Positions 1 to 7,367 of a DNA stretch of 42,825 bases are shown here, one piece after another. The notes below the pieces were generated by a model. That model saw only the letters and a program-made list of their open reading frames with translations. It made no database searches and was not told where the DNA came from. How positions within the stretch are numbered: position 1 is the stretch's first letter; each line of letters starts with the position of its first letter. The position numbers were made by a program, and so were the translations under genes. The stretch spans positions 1 to 42,825 of the forward strand of contig JBMORE010000001.1 in the NCBI GenBank assembly GCA_049322255.1, given 5' to 3'. This DNA comes from Myxococcota bacterium. Its GTDB lineage: Bacteria > Myxococcota > Myxococcia > Myxococcales > Myxococcaceae.

Positions 1-739
1 TGCGCACCTTTCACACCCGCACGCAAGAGGAGCTGGCGGCCCTCACCCTCAGCCTTCCCGGTGGCAAGGTGCAGGTAGGCAGCCTCGCCGACGTCGGCGT
101 GCCCAAAGAGCACACCTTACGGGTGGGTTTTTTGCGCGGCAGCGTCACTCCGCCTGACGGGAAGTACCTCATCGACGAGGCGGGCAGCATTCAGTACCTG
201 GTCGACCCCGGCATCGGAGGCCGTGTCTCGGAGTATTTGGGCAAGAAGCTGACCCGCTACGACGCCCCCAAGGCGCGGCTGTTCTCGCTCATCATCGACG
301 GCATTCTCACCCAGAAGCTGCCCTGGACCCTGGTGCTCTTGGGGGTGTTCATTCGCGCTGATGCCGGGTGCCCATCTTCTGCGGGGGAATCGTGCGCTAC
401 ATCATCGACAAGGTGCACGGCGCCAAGGAGAGCGAGGCGGAGTTCTCACCCGGCGTGCTTCTCTCCTCGGGCTACATCGCCGGCGGCGCCATCGCCGGGG
501 TGGTGTTGGCGATGCTCGCCATCCCGCGAGGAGGAGCGTTCTTGTCGGCGCTCAACCTCCCCGAGCTTTTGGGCACCGACAACCCGGTGGGCCGCTTCCT
601 CAACATGGTGGGCGAGAGCGAGCACGCGCACCCGGTGGTTTCGGTGCTGTGGGGCCTGCTTTTCTTCATCGGACTCGCCGCGCTGCTTCTGCGCGTCGGC
701 TTGAGGAAGGAGAGCGCCGCGGTGAGCGGCAAAGGTTGA
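1..739 (+). pseudogene. OPT family oligopeptide transporter, 3' part (5' truncated by window edge); frameshift plus apparent internal deletion at ~350-368
   Basis: Frame from nt 3 reads ...APKARLFSLIIDGILTQKLPWTLVLLGVFI; a different frame (368-739) continues PIFCGGIVRYIIDK...SPGVLLSSGYIAGGAIAGV. Both are typical OPT C-terminal motifs. The usual intervening 'ELxGxxSLPFAVGxYLP' segment is absent. Could be a real lesion or a sequencing/assembly error. Confidence 0.7.
565..610 (+). repeat. Direct repeat copy 1 (inside OPT 3' region), pairs with 1435-1479
   Basis: gcttttgggcaccgacaacccggtgggccgcttcctcaacatggtg; first 26 nt identical to copy 2, then one 1-nt indel and two substitutions. Confidence 0.9.
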
Positions 740-764
740 CCTTGATGGTGCACCTCAATAGGTT
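736..764 (+). promoter_or_regulatory. Sigma70-like promoter of the TA operon, with a palindromic operator in the spacer
   Basis: TTGACC (736-741), 17 bp, TAGGTT (759-764). The spacer ttgatggtgcacctcaa is a near-perfect inverted repeat. The ATG at 771 lies 7 nt after the -10 box with no Shine-Dalgarno, suggesting a leaderless mRNA. Confidence 0.55.
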
Positions 765-770
765 ACTTGC

Positions 771-1031
771 ATGGGTCGAACCAAGCAGAAGGCGGTGATC
801 AGCGCTGGGAAGGAGCAACTCGAGGAGGTGAAGGGGCTGATTCGCGCGCGCCGGTATCGCACGGTTTCCGAGTTCGTGTCCGAGGCGATCGCCGAAAAGC
901 TGGAGAAGCTGCACCGAGAGGAATTATCCGAGCAGGTAGAGCGCTACTGCGCGAAAGGACATGCTTGGGAAGACACAGACCTCATCGACGCGCAGGCGTT
1001 CGAGCCGGAGCGCCGTCGTGCGAAGAGGTGA
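771..1031 (+). CDS. Putative antitoxin, ribbon-helix-helix-like
   Basis: 86 aa; 'YRTVSEFVSEAIAEKL' resembles an RHH helix; acidic C-terminal half; overlaps the toxin start. Confidence 0.7.
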   Translation: MGRTKQKAVISAGKEQLEEVKGLIRARRYRTVSEFVSEAIAEKLEKLHREELSEQVERYCAKGHAWEDTDLIDAQAFEPERRRAKR

Positions 1032-1362
1032 GCTCTGGTGGGGCAGCCCTCGGCTGCCCGGTGGGTCAGGGAAGCGGCGACCTTTTCTCATCGTGTCCGA
1101 CGACGCGTTCAATACAAACGACCGTTACCCCAAAGTGATGGTGGTCCACCTCACCACCGTTCGGCGCGGGGGTGGTCCTTTTGCCTGGGAGGTCGAGCTC
1201 CCGGGTGGCACGGCGGGTCTACCTCGAACGAGCACCATCAAATGCGGCGAGGTCTACACGCTTTTGAAAAATCATCTGAGCCAGCTGGTGGGCACCCTAC
1301 CCACCGAGGCCATGCACCGGGTGGATCGGGCCCTGGCAGTCGCTCTGAGTCTTCGGATGTAA
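1018..1362 (+). CDS. mazF: Type II toxin, PemK/MazF family endoribonuclease
   Basis: GTG start after GGAG; 'RRGELWW...GKRRPFLIVSDDAFN...VMVVHLTT...VGTL...MHRVDRALAVALSL' is a classic MazF/PemK pattern. Confidence 0.9.
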   Translation: MRRGELWWGSPRLPGGSGKRRPFLIVSDDAFNTNDRYPKVMVVHLTTVRRGGGPFAWEVELPGGTAGLPRTSTIKCGEVYTLLKNHLSQLVGTLPTEAMHRVDRALAVALSLRM

Positions 1363-1434
1363 ACTTCCCGGCTACCGCCGCCGGCCGTGCGTCCTTCTCC
1401 CGCGCCACCGGTGCCCGTGCCGGCGAGGAGCCGT

Positions 1435-1479
1435 GCTTTTGGGCACCGACAACCCGGTGGCCGCTTCCTTAATATGGTG
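1435..1479 (+). repeat. Direct repeat copy 2 (non-coding remnant of OPT 3' region)
   Basis: gcttttgggcaccgacaacccggtggccgcttccttaatatggtg matches 565-610. Confidence 0.9.
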
Positions 1480-1511
1480 AGCGGCCGAGGCGATTCGCCC
1501 GGGACGTGATT

Positions 1512-1881
1512 TTAGAGCGAAGGAGGAGCGATGAATGGGATGACCTGCCGGTCATTTCGGCGGTAGGTGGCGAGATCGACAGTGAGAACCTGGCATCGAG
1601 CGTAGCGTTCGCTCATCGCGACGAGGCAGGAGGGTCTGTATGCGAGACCCGTGGGCTGTCAGATTGAAATCGATGCGAAGCGAGCCTCGATCGAGCATCG
1701 CCAGGAGTGGCTCGACCTTCATTCCGTCTTCTCGGAGGTAATAGGCGGCTTCGGTCAGTACCGCTTCGCACGTTCGCATCGGTGCGCGCACCTGGCGCAT
1801 GAGCGCTACCGCCCAAGGGTGGTAGGGGTCGTTGCGGTTCGGGTATGCGACCAGTGGCCCGGTGTCACAGAGAGCAATCAC
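1512..1881 (-). pseudogene. PIN/VapC-family toxin, frameshifted by an internal deletion
   Basis: N-terminus VIALCDTGPLVAY..D.YH.WA...TCEAVLTEAAYYL. After RIQTLL (~1628) the PIN-like tail CLVAMSERYARCQVLTVDLATYRRNDRQVIPFIAP continues in another frame to TAA at 1512. The usual 'MDLADA' acidic motif is missing. Confidence 0.75.
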
Positions 1882-2102
1882 GGGCGACGAAACTTGGGTC
1901 GTGCGTTGGTTGCGGACCGCCGGCTTCCAGCGAGGCATCCAGCCAAGTCGGATGCCAGAGCATGCACGGACTTCGCTTCGCCTTCGTGCGCTTCCTCCAG
2001 CCGCTCACGAACCAAAGCCGCGACGGCACGCCCGGTGGCTCGAGCCTGCTGTTTGAGGCGCTCGAGCGTTGCCTCCGGAAGTTTGATGGTCAAGGTCTTC
2101 AT
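1878..2102 (-). CDS. Putative antitoxin, CopG/RHH-like (VapB-type)
   Basis: MKTLTIKLPEATLERLKQQARATGRAVAALVRERLEE; 74 aa; GTGA overlap with the PIN gene. Confidence 0.8.
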   Translation of the reverse strand: MKTLTIKLPEATLERLKQQARATGRAVAALVRERLEEAHEGEAKSVHALASDLAGCLAGSRRSATNARPKFRRP

Positions 2103-2122
2103 GGAAATACCCGTGAATGCGC

Positions 2123-2884
2123 TCAGAAGTACCCACGGCGAAGTGCCAACCGGTGCTCCACTCGGTGCTTGTCCTCGAAGAGCTTGATGCCCAGGACGCC
2201 TGCGGCAAAACCTCCCACGTGCGCCCAAAAGGCGACCCCGGCGGAGACGGCGGGCTCCTCGGACAAAAGCTGAGGCAACCCGGCGAGCACCTGGTAGGCG
2301 ACCCACCACAGGAGCACCACGTAGGCGGGTAGAGAGATGACGCGGATGAGAAAGACGAGGATGAATAGCAGACGCACCCGTGCTCGTGGGTAGAGCACGA
2401 GGTAGGCGCCGAGCATCCCCGAGATGGCGCCAGACGCGCCCACCGTGGGCAGGGGCGAGGCAGGTTCCACCGCCACGTGCACCGCCGCCGCCGCCAGGCC
2501 ACACAAGAGATAGAAGGCCAAAAAGCGCAGGCGCCCCATGCTGTCTTCCACCGCCTTGCCGAACACCCAGAGGAAGATGCCGTTGCCCAACAGGTGCCCC
2601 CAGCTGCCGTGGAGGAACATCGAGGTCAGCGGGGTGAAGGGGTTGATGAGCTCTTCGTCCACCACGCACAGCAGCTCCGGGCCGAGATGGACGGCGGTGC
2701 CCACCTTCAACCGGTGGGTCAGCTCCGCCGGCACCATGCCCCAGTTGCACACGCTGGAGGCCAAGGTCATCGAATCGGCCCCCGCGCCCTGAAGAAGAAT
2801 CCACGCCCCCGCGAGGAGAACCAAAAGAGCGGTGACCATCACCGGCCGCCGCAGCATGGGAATGTCATCGCCGAGCGGAAACAC
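2123..2884 (-). CDS. Rhomboid family intramembrane serine protease
   Basis: 'LTSMFLHGSWGHLLGNGIFLWVFG..VED', catalytic 'VGASGAISG' and 'VAFWAHVGGF'; GTG start after GGGAGG. Confidence 0.93.
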   Translation of the reverse strand: MFPLGDDIPMLRRPVMVTALLVLLAGAWILLQGAGADSMTLASSVCNWGMVPAELTHRLKVGTAVHLGPELLCVVDEELINPFTPLTSMFLHGSWGHLLGNGIFLWVFGKAVEDSMGRLRFLAFYLLCGLAAAAVHVAVEPASPLPTVGASGAISGMLGAYLVLYPRARVRLLFILVFLIRVISLPAYVVLLWWVAYQVLAGLPQLLSEEPAVSAGVAFWAHVGGFAAGVLGIKLFEDKHRVEHRLALRRGYF

Positions 2885-2894
2885 GCGCCTCCCG

Positions 2895-3488
2895 TCAACG
2901 CAGAGAGCGTCGCCGGGGCGGCACCCGGGCCGGGTGGGCCTGCACGTGGCGCACGCGCTCCATGAAGTAGCGCGCGTAGTCGGCGCCCGCCTCATCGGCG
3001 AGGAGGCGCGAGACGTGGTTGACGTCGATTCGACCCTGACGCACGAGGGCCTCCACGTCGGCGCGCTGCTTGGCCTCCGCGCCTGGGCTGTCCACCGCGG
3101 CGATGACCTTCATCGCGGTCAAGTCGTTGGCCCCCACGACCCGAATGCGTCGCCCGCGTACCCTGGCCGGCACCGGAGAGCTGCAGGCAGCCAAGGAGAT
3201 GGAATCGAAGGGCACCAGGATGTCCACGTCCACTGTCGTTTCCGGGTCACGGAACACCACCAGGGTGTCCAGGTCTTCCTGGAGCGTCAGCTCCATCGAG
3301 AGGTGCCGAAGGAGCGCCGCCTTGTCCTCCGGGTGCACCAACAGGTCGATGTCCTTGGTCATGCGCTCGATGCCGTGCGCGGTGAGCGCCAGGGCGCCGG
3401 CAAACGTACCGCGGGCCCGGGCGCGCCGAAGCAGCTTGAGGAGCTTCTCGAAGGTGTGCCAGTAGCCTCGCGGCCGTTCACCGCCCAT
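2895..3488 (-). CDS. Nucleotidyltransferase (pol-beta/AbiEii-like fold), no evident partner antitoxin
   Basis: 'FAGALALTAHGIERMTKDIDLLV...VDIL...DLTAMKVIAA...KQRADVEAL'; ATG after GGGAGG. Confidence 0.75.
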   Translation of the reverse strand: MGGERPRGYWHTFEKLLKLLRRARARGTFAGALALTAHGIERMTKDIDLLVHPEDKAALLRHLSMELTLQEDLDTLVVFRDPETTVDVDILVPFDSISLAACSSPVPARVRGRRIRVVGANDLTAMKVIAAVDSPGAEAKQRADVEALVRQGRIDVNHVSRLLADEAGADYARYFMERVRHVQAHPARVPPRRRSLR

Positions 3489-3600
3489 CAACCCCTCCCA
3501 AAAATCCACCGCCGCGTCCAGGGACGACACGGCAGAAGAATAACCGGCTCCCACGCCCATCACACGGTCTGCTGAAGCGACTTCGGCAGGCTGCCCGGAG

Positions 3601-4677
3601 TCATCCGCCCGAAGAGGAGCCCCCGGGCGCAGGGGGTGGAGCCGGAGGAGAGCAAGAGCCCGTCCCCCCGCCTCCTTCGTCACAGTCGCAAGTGCATGGA
3701 GGGCAGCTTTCGCCCGGAGGACACGCGGCGCACGCACACACGCAGCCGCTCCCACTGGAGGCTGTCTGGCACACGCCCCCGGGGCACGGCTGGCCCTGCT
3801 GACAAGGCACGCCGAGCGCGTACCACACGCAGCCCGGTTGGGCCGTGCACGCCGGCTCGGAGGTTTGGCTCGTGCAAGGGTCGGTGCTGCCGGCGTCGGC
3901 CCCGTCGCACACGCAAGGGCAGGCGCCTCCGTCGATGTCCGCGCACGCCGGACACATGCAGGGCATCGAGCCGCCTCCGCTGGAAGGTGGAGCCGTTCCT
4001 CCTCCCGACGCGACGCTCCCGGATCCGGCGCAATCGCACTCACAGGGTGGACAGCTGGTGGAGGAGGGGTCACACGAAGGACAAGCGCAGGCGCACGTTC
4101 CTCCCTCCACACAGCCGCCATCGACGCCACCGCTGGGCTCGCACCGGCATTCGCACGGGGGGCACGTCTGGCCAGGAGGGCAGTCGGGGCACGCACAGGT
4201 GCAGGTTCCACCGCCGGAACCGCCTCCTCCAGAGCAGTCGCACTCCATGGAGGGACAGGCGCCCTCCTGCAAGCAGTAAAGGGGCGTGGCGCACGCACAG
4301 CCGGTCGCTCCCGCGGTGTGACAGAAGCCGTTCACGCTGCAGTTCGCGCCCAGCGGGCAGAGGGTTTCGAGCGTCGACCAGGCACACCCCGCGTGAGAGC
4401 GGCAGCTCGCCTCCGAATCGTCCTGGGTACAGTCATCGACCGTCGCGCAAGCGCCCGACGGACAGCTCACTCCCTGCGGGCAAGGGGCGCCCAGCGCAAT
4501 CCATGCGCATTGGTTGGCCGCATCCGCGGTGCAATCGGCCTTGGTGGTGTGCTGGGCGCACTCGCTGGAGGAGATATACGCAGGGAGCTTCCCGTAGTCC
4601 GAAGCGTTCTTGCTGTCCTTGGGGTTGCAGCCAACGGCGGCGAGCGCCAGCAGCACCGGCCAGATTGTCATTCTCAT
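3601..4677 (-). CDS. Cys-rich lipoprotein with two types of internal Cys repeat
   Basis: Lipoprotein signal 'MRMTIWPVLLALAAVG-C'; GGAGG RBS; about 57 Cys in 358 aa by hand count; CxCACxxC..CPPCxCxC repeats. Confidence 0.85.
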   Translation of the reverse strand: MRMTIWPVLLALAAVGCNPKDSKNASDYGKLPAYISSSECAQHTTKADCTADAANQCAWIALGAPCPQGVSCPSGACATVDDCTQDDSEASCRSHAGCAWSTLETLCPLGANCSVNGFCHTAGATGCACATPLYCLQEGACPSMECDCSGGGGSGGGTCTCACPDCPPGQTCPPCECRCEPSGGVDGGCVEGGTCACACPSCDPSSTSCPPCECDCAGSGSVASGGGTAPPSSGGGSMPCMCPACADIDGGACPCVCDGADAGSTDPCTSQTSEPACTAQPGCVWYALGVPCQQGQPCPGGVCQTASSGSGCVCACAACPPGESCPPCTCDCDEGGGGTGSCSPPAPPPAPGGSSSGG

Positions 4678-4787
4678 GGGAAACCTCCGGGGATCCACCA
4701 GGACGTTGCAGGCATTGTGCCGCATTGTTTGCCTCTTGGGGTTGGCTTGAGCGCGGAGCTCGCTGCGGCCCGCCGCCCGAGCCCGGT

Positions 4788-4816
4788 TTGACATAACAGA
4801 ACACTTTTCATTATAT
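4788..4816 (+). promoter_or_regulatory. Sigma70-like promoter of the sulfate assimilation operon
   Basis: Perfect TTGACA at 4788-4793, then AT-rich ttatat 17 bp later, in an AT-rich patch of the divergent intergenic region. Confidence 0.5.
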
Positions 4817-4833
4817 CGACGAATGCCCCGGTC

Positions 4834-5580
4834 ATGACCGCCTTCGCCGAACAGCTCTCTGACGAGGCGCTCGCCGCGCACAGCAGGGCCCTCGAGGGCG
4901 CTCCCCCCCAAGAGGTCCTCGCCTGGGCGTGGCGCCGCTTCGGCACGAAGCTCACTTTTGCCACCGGCTTTGGAGTGGAGGGCTGCGTGCTCATCGACCT
5001 CCTCGCGCGGCACCAGCTGCCCATCGATCTGTTCACCCTCGATACCGGGGTGCTTTTTCCTCAGACCTACGCGCTGTGGAAGCGCTTGGAAGAGACCTAC
5101 GGCGTCACCATTCGCCCGGTACGCGCCGAGCTCACCCTGGAGGCGCAGGCGCAGGCGTTCGGAGACAAGCTGTGGGAACGCGACCCCGACCGGTGCTGTG
5201 AGCTGCGCAAGGTGGCTCCGTTGAAGAAGGAGCTCGCCGGTTTCTCGGCATGGGTGAGCGCCATTCGCCGCGACCAGACCCCCGATCGCGCCTTCGCTCA
5301 GGTGCTCGAGCGGGACGCGAAGTTCGGCTTGGTGAAGGTGAACCCGCTGGTGACGTGGACCCACAAGGCGGTGTGGGACTACGTGCACGCGCACCAAGTC
5401 CCCTACAACCCGCTCCACGACCAGGGCTACCCCAGCATCGGGTGCCTGCCGTGCACCTCTCCGGTAGCCCCAGGAGAAGACCCTCGTGCCGGCCGCTGGC
5501 GGGGGCGCACCAAGACCGAGTGTGGTCTCCACGCCCGCGATGCGGCCGACCCTTCAACCAAGGAAACCACCCCACCATGA
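4834..5580 (+). CDS. cysH: APS/PAPS reductase, [4Fe-4S]-type motifs
   Basis: 'FTLDTGVLFPQTY', 'RCCELRKV', 'GYPSIGCLPCT', 'RAGRW', 'KTECGLH'. Confidence 0.95.
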   Translation: MTAFAEQLSDEALAAHSRALEGAPPQEVLAWAWRRFGTKLTFATGFGVEGCVLIDLLARHQLPIDLFTLDTGVLFPQTYALWKRLEETYGVTIRPVRAELTLEAQAQAFGDKLWERDPDRCCELRKVAPLKKELAGFSAWVSAIRRDQTPDRAFAQVLERDAKFGLVKVNPLVTWTHKAVWDYVHAHQVPYNPLHDQGYPSIGCLPCTSPVAPGEDPRAGRWRGRTKTECGLHARDAADPSTKETTPP

Positions 5581-7367
5581 GCACTCCTGTTGCGCCGCAC
5601 GGCGGCTCCCTCGTTCAACGCACGGTGCACGGGCCGCAGGCCGACGTCTTGCGCGCCCGCGCCGCCTCACTTCCCCGCCTCACCCTCGATGCTCGAGAGC
5701 TTTCCGACCTCGAGCTCATCGCCACGGGCGCGATGAGCCCCTTGACCGGCTTCTTGGGCGCGGGGGACTACCAGAGCGTGCTCGAGCGCATGCGGCTGTC
5801 CGACGGCACGGTGTGGCCGCTGCCCATCACCCTGGCGGTGGACGAGGCGACAAAGGCGCAGCTGACGGTGGGCCAGGAAGCCGCGCTCCATGACACCTCC
5901 GGCCGCCTGTGGGGAGTGCTCGCGGTGAGTGAGCTGTACGAGCGCGATCCGCTCCACGAGGCGAAGTGGGTCTACCGCACCGAGGAGAGCGCGCACCCCG
6001 GGGTGGCGTACCTGCTCTCACGCCCGCGCCATTTGGTGGCTGGCGAGGTGACGGTGCTGCCCCTGCCCGAAGACCTGCCCTTCGCCCACCACCGGCTCAC
6101 CCCACGCGCGCTGCGGGAGGAGATTGCCCGGCGCGGTTGGAAGCGGGTGGCGGGCTTTCAGACCCGAAACCCCATTCACCGCGCGCACGAGCACCTGACC
6201 AAGCTGGCGCTGGAGGTGACCGACGGGCTCGTCATTCACCCGTTGGTGGGAGAGACGAAGAACGACGACGTCCCCGCGGCGGTGCGCTTCCAGGTCTACG
6301 AGGCGCTCCTTTCGCGCTACTACCCGCCGCAGCGTACCTTGCTCGCCGCCTTCCCCGCGGCGATGCGCTACGCCGGACCCCGTGAGGCCCTCTTCCACGC
6401 GCTGGTGCGAAAGAACTACGGCATCTCCCACCTCATCGTCGGCCGCGACCACGCCGGGGTGGGCAAGTATTACGGCCCCCTCGAAGCGCAGGAGATGTTC
6501 GACCGCTTCACCGTGGAGGAGCTCGGGGTTTCCCCACTCAAGTTCGAGCCCACCTTCTTCTGCAAGGACTGCGACAACCTGGCCTCGGTTCGCACCTGCC
6601 CGCATAGCTCGGAGTCGCGGGTGGAGCTGTCGGGCACCAAGGTGCGGGAAGTCTTGCGCGCGGGTGGTCAGCTGCCGCGAGAGTTCACTCGCCCGGAGAT
6701 TGCCGAAATCCTGCGCGCGCACTACCTGGCGGCCACCCAGGAGCCGCCGCTGTCCATCGGAGCGCCCGCCGCCGCGCTCAAGGCCGCCGCCGACGCGATG
6801 GACCCCAAGCGGGTCGACGGCGGCAAAGGCTTCATCCTCTGGTTCACCGGGCTCTCCGGCTCGGGCAAGAGCACCCTGGCGCAGGCGGTGCGCTTGAAGC
6901 TGGCCGGCGAGCGCGCGGTGGAGATTCTCGACGGCGACGAGGTGCGCACCTACCTCTCCAAGGGCTTGGGCTTTTCCAAGGAAGACCGCGACCAGAACAT
7001 CCGCCGCATCGGCTACGTCGCCCGCGTGCTCGCGCGCAACGGGGTGGCCGCCATCACCGCCGCCATCTCCCCCTACGCCGAGGTGCGGGAAGAGGTGAAG
7101 AGGCTCGCCGCCGAGCAAGGGGTGACGGTAGTCGAGGTCTACGCCCACGCCGAGCTGGACTCGCTGGTCGCCCGCGACGTCAAGGGCCTCTACAAGAAAG
7201 CCCTCGCCGGGGAGATTCGAAACTTCACCGGGGTGAACGACCCCTACGAGCCGCCGAACAGCCCTGACGTATTGGTGCGCAGCGACCAGGAGTCAGTGGA
7301 GGAGAGCACGCAGAAAATCATCGAAGTCCTCCGGACCAAGGGCCTGCTTCCGGAGGCGAGGGGATGA
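5577..7367 (+). CDS. sat: Bifunctional sulfate adenylyltransferase / APS kinase (Sat-CysC fusion)
   Basis: Start MSTPVAPHGG (ATGA overlap with cysH); 'FQTRNPIHRAHE', 'MRYAGPREA', 'IVGRDHAG'; C-terminal 'WFTGLSGSGKSTLA', 'LDGDEVR', 'RDVKGLYKKA...FTGVNDPYE'. Confidence 0.95.
   Translation: MSTPVAPHGGSLVQRTVHGPQADVLRARAASLPRLTLDARELSDLELIATGAMSPLTGFLGAGDYQSVLERMRLSDGTVWPLPITLAVDEATKAQLTVGQEAALHDTSGRLWGVLAVSELYERDPLHEAKWVYRTEESAHPGVAYLLSRPRHLVAGEVTVLPLPEDLPFAHHRLTPRALREEIARRGWKRVAGFQTRNPIHRAHEHLTKLALEVTDGLVIHPLVGETKNDDVPAAVRFQVYEALLSRYYPPQRTLLAAFPAAMRYAGPREALFHALVRKNYGISHLIVGRDHAGVGKYYGPLEAQEMFDRFTVEELGVSPLKFEPTFFCKDCDNLASVRTCPHSSESRVELSGTKVREVLRAGGQLPREFTRPEIAEILRAHYLAATQEPPLSIGAPAAALKAAADAMDPKRVDGGKGFILWFTGLSGSGKSTLAQAVRLKLAGERAVEILDGDEVRTYLSKGLGFSKEDRDQNIRRIGYVARVLARNGVAAITAAISPYAEVREEVKRLAAEQGVTVVEVYAHAELDSLVARDVKGLYKKALAGEIRNFTGVNDPYEPPNSPDVLVRSDQESVEESTQKIIEVLRTKGLLPEARG

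Noticed and set aside
40..70. ccctcaccctcagccttcccggtggcaagg in OPT as another hairpin-element copy
   Set aside because: The tail matches but the stem is shortened and mismatched; too degenerate to claim without a profile search.
3567..3591. Hairpin gtctgctgaag-cga-cttcggcaggc after the Cys-rich gene as a terminator
   Set aside because: Pairs well only on the + strand via G-U, whereas flanking genes are on the - strand; no U-tract.
1480..3600. Flanking direct repeats around the PIN module or the solo nucleotidyltransferase
   Set aside because: Looked for by eye and not found; the duplication pattern is supported only for the MazF and AbiEii cassettes.
4678..5532. N-terminal extension of the 643-aa ORF (3601-5532) overlapping cysH
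   Set aside because: It is antisense to cysH; the real start is ATG 4677, which has an RBS and a lipoprotein signal.
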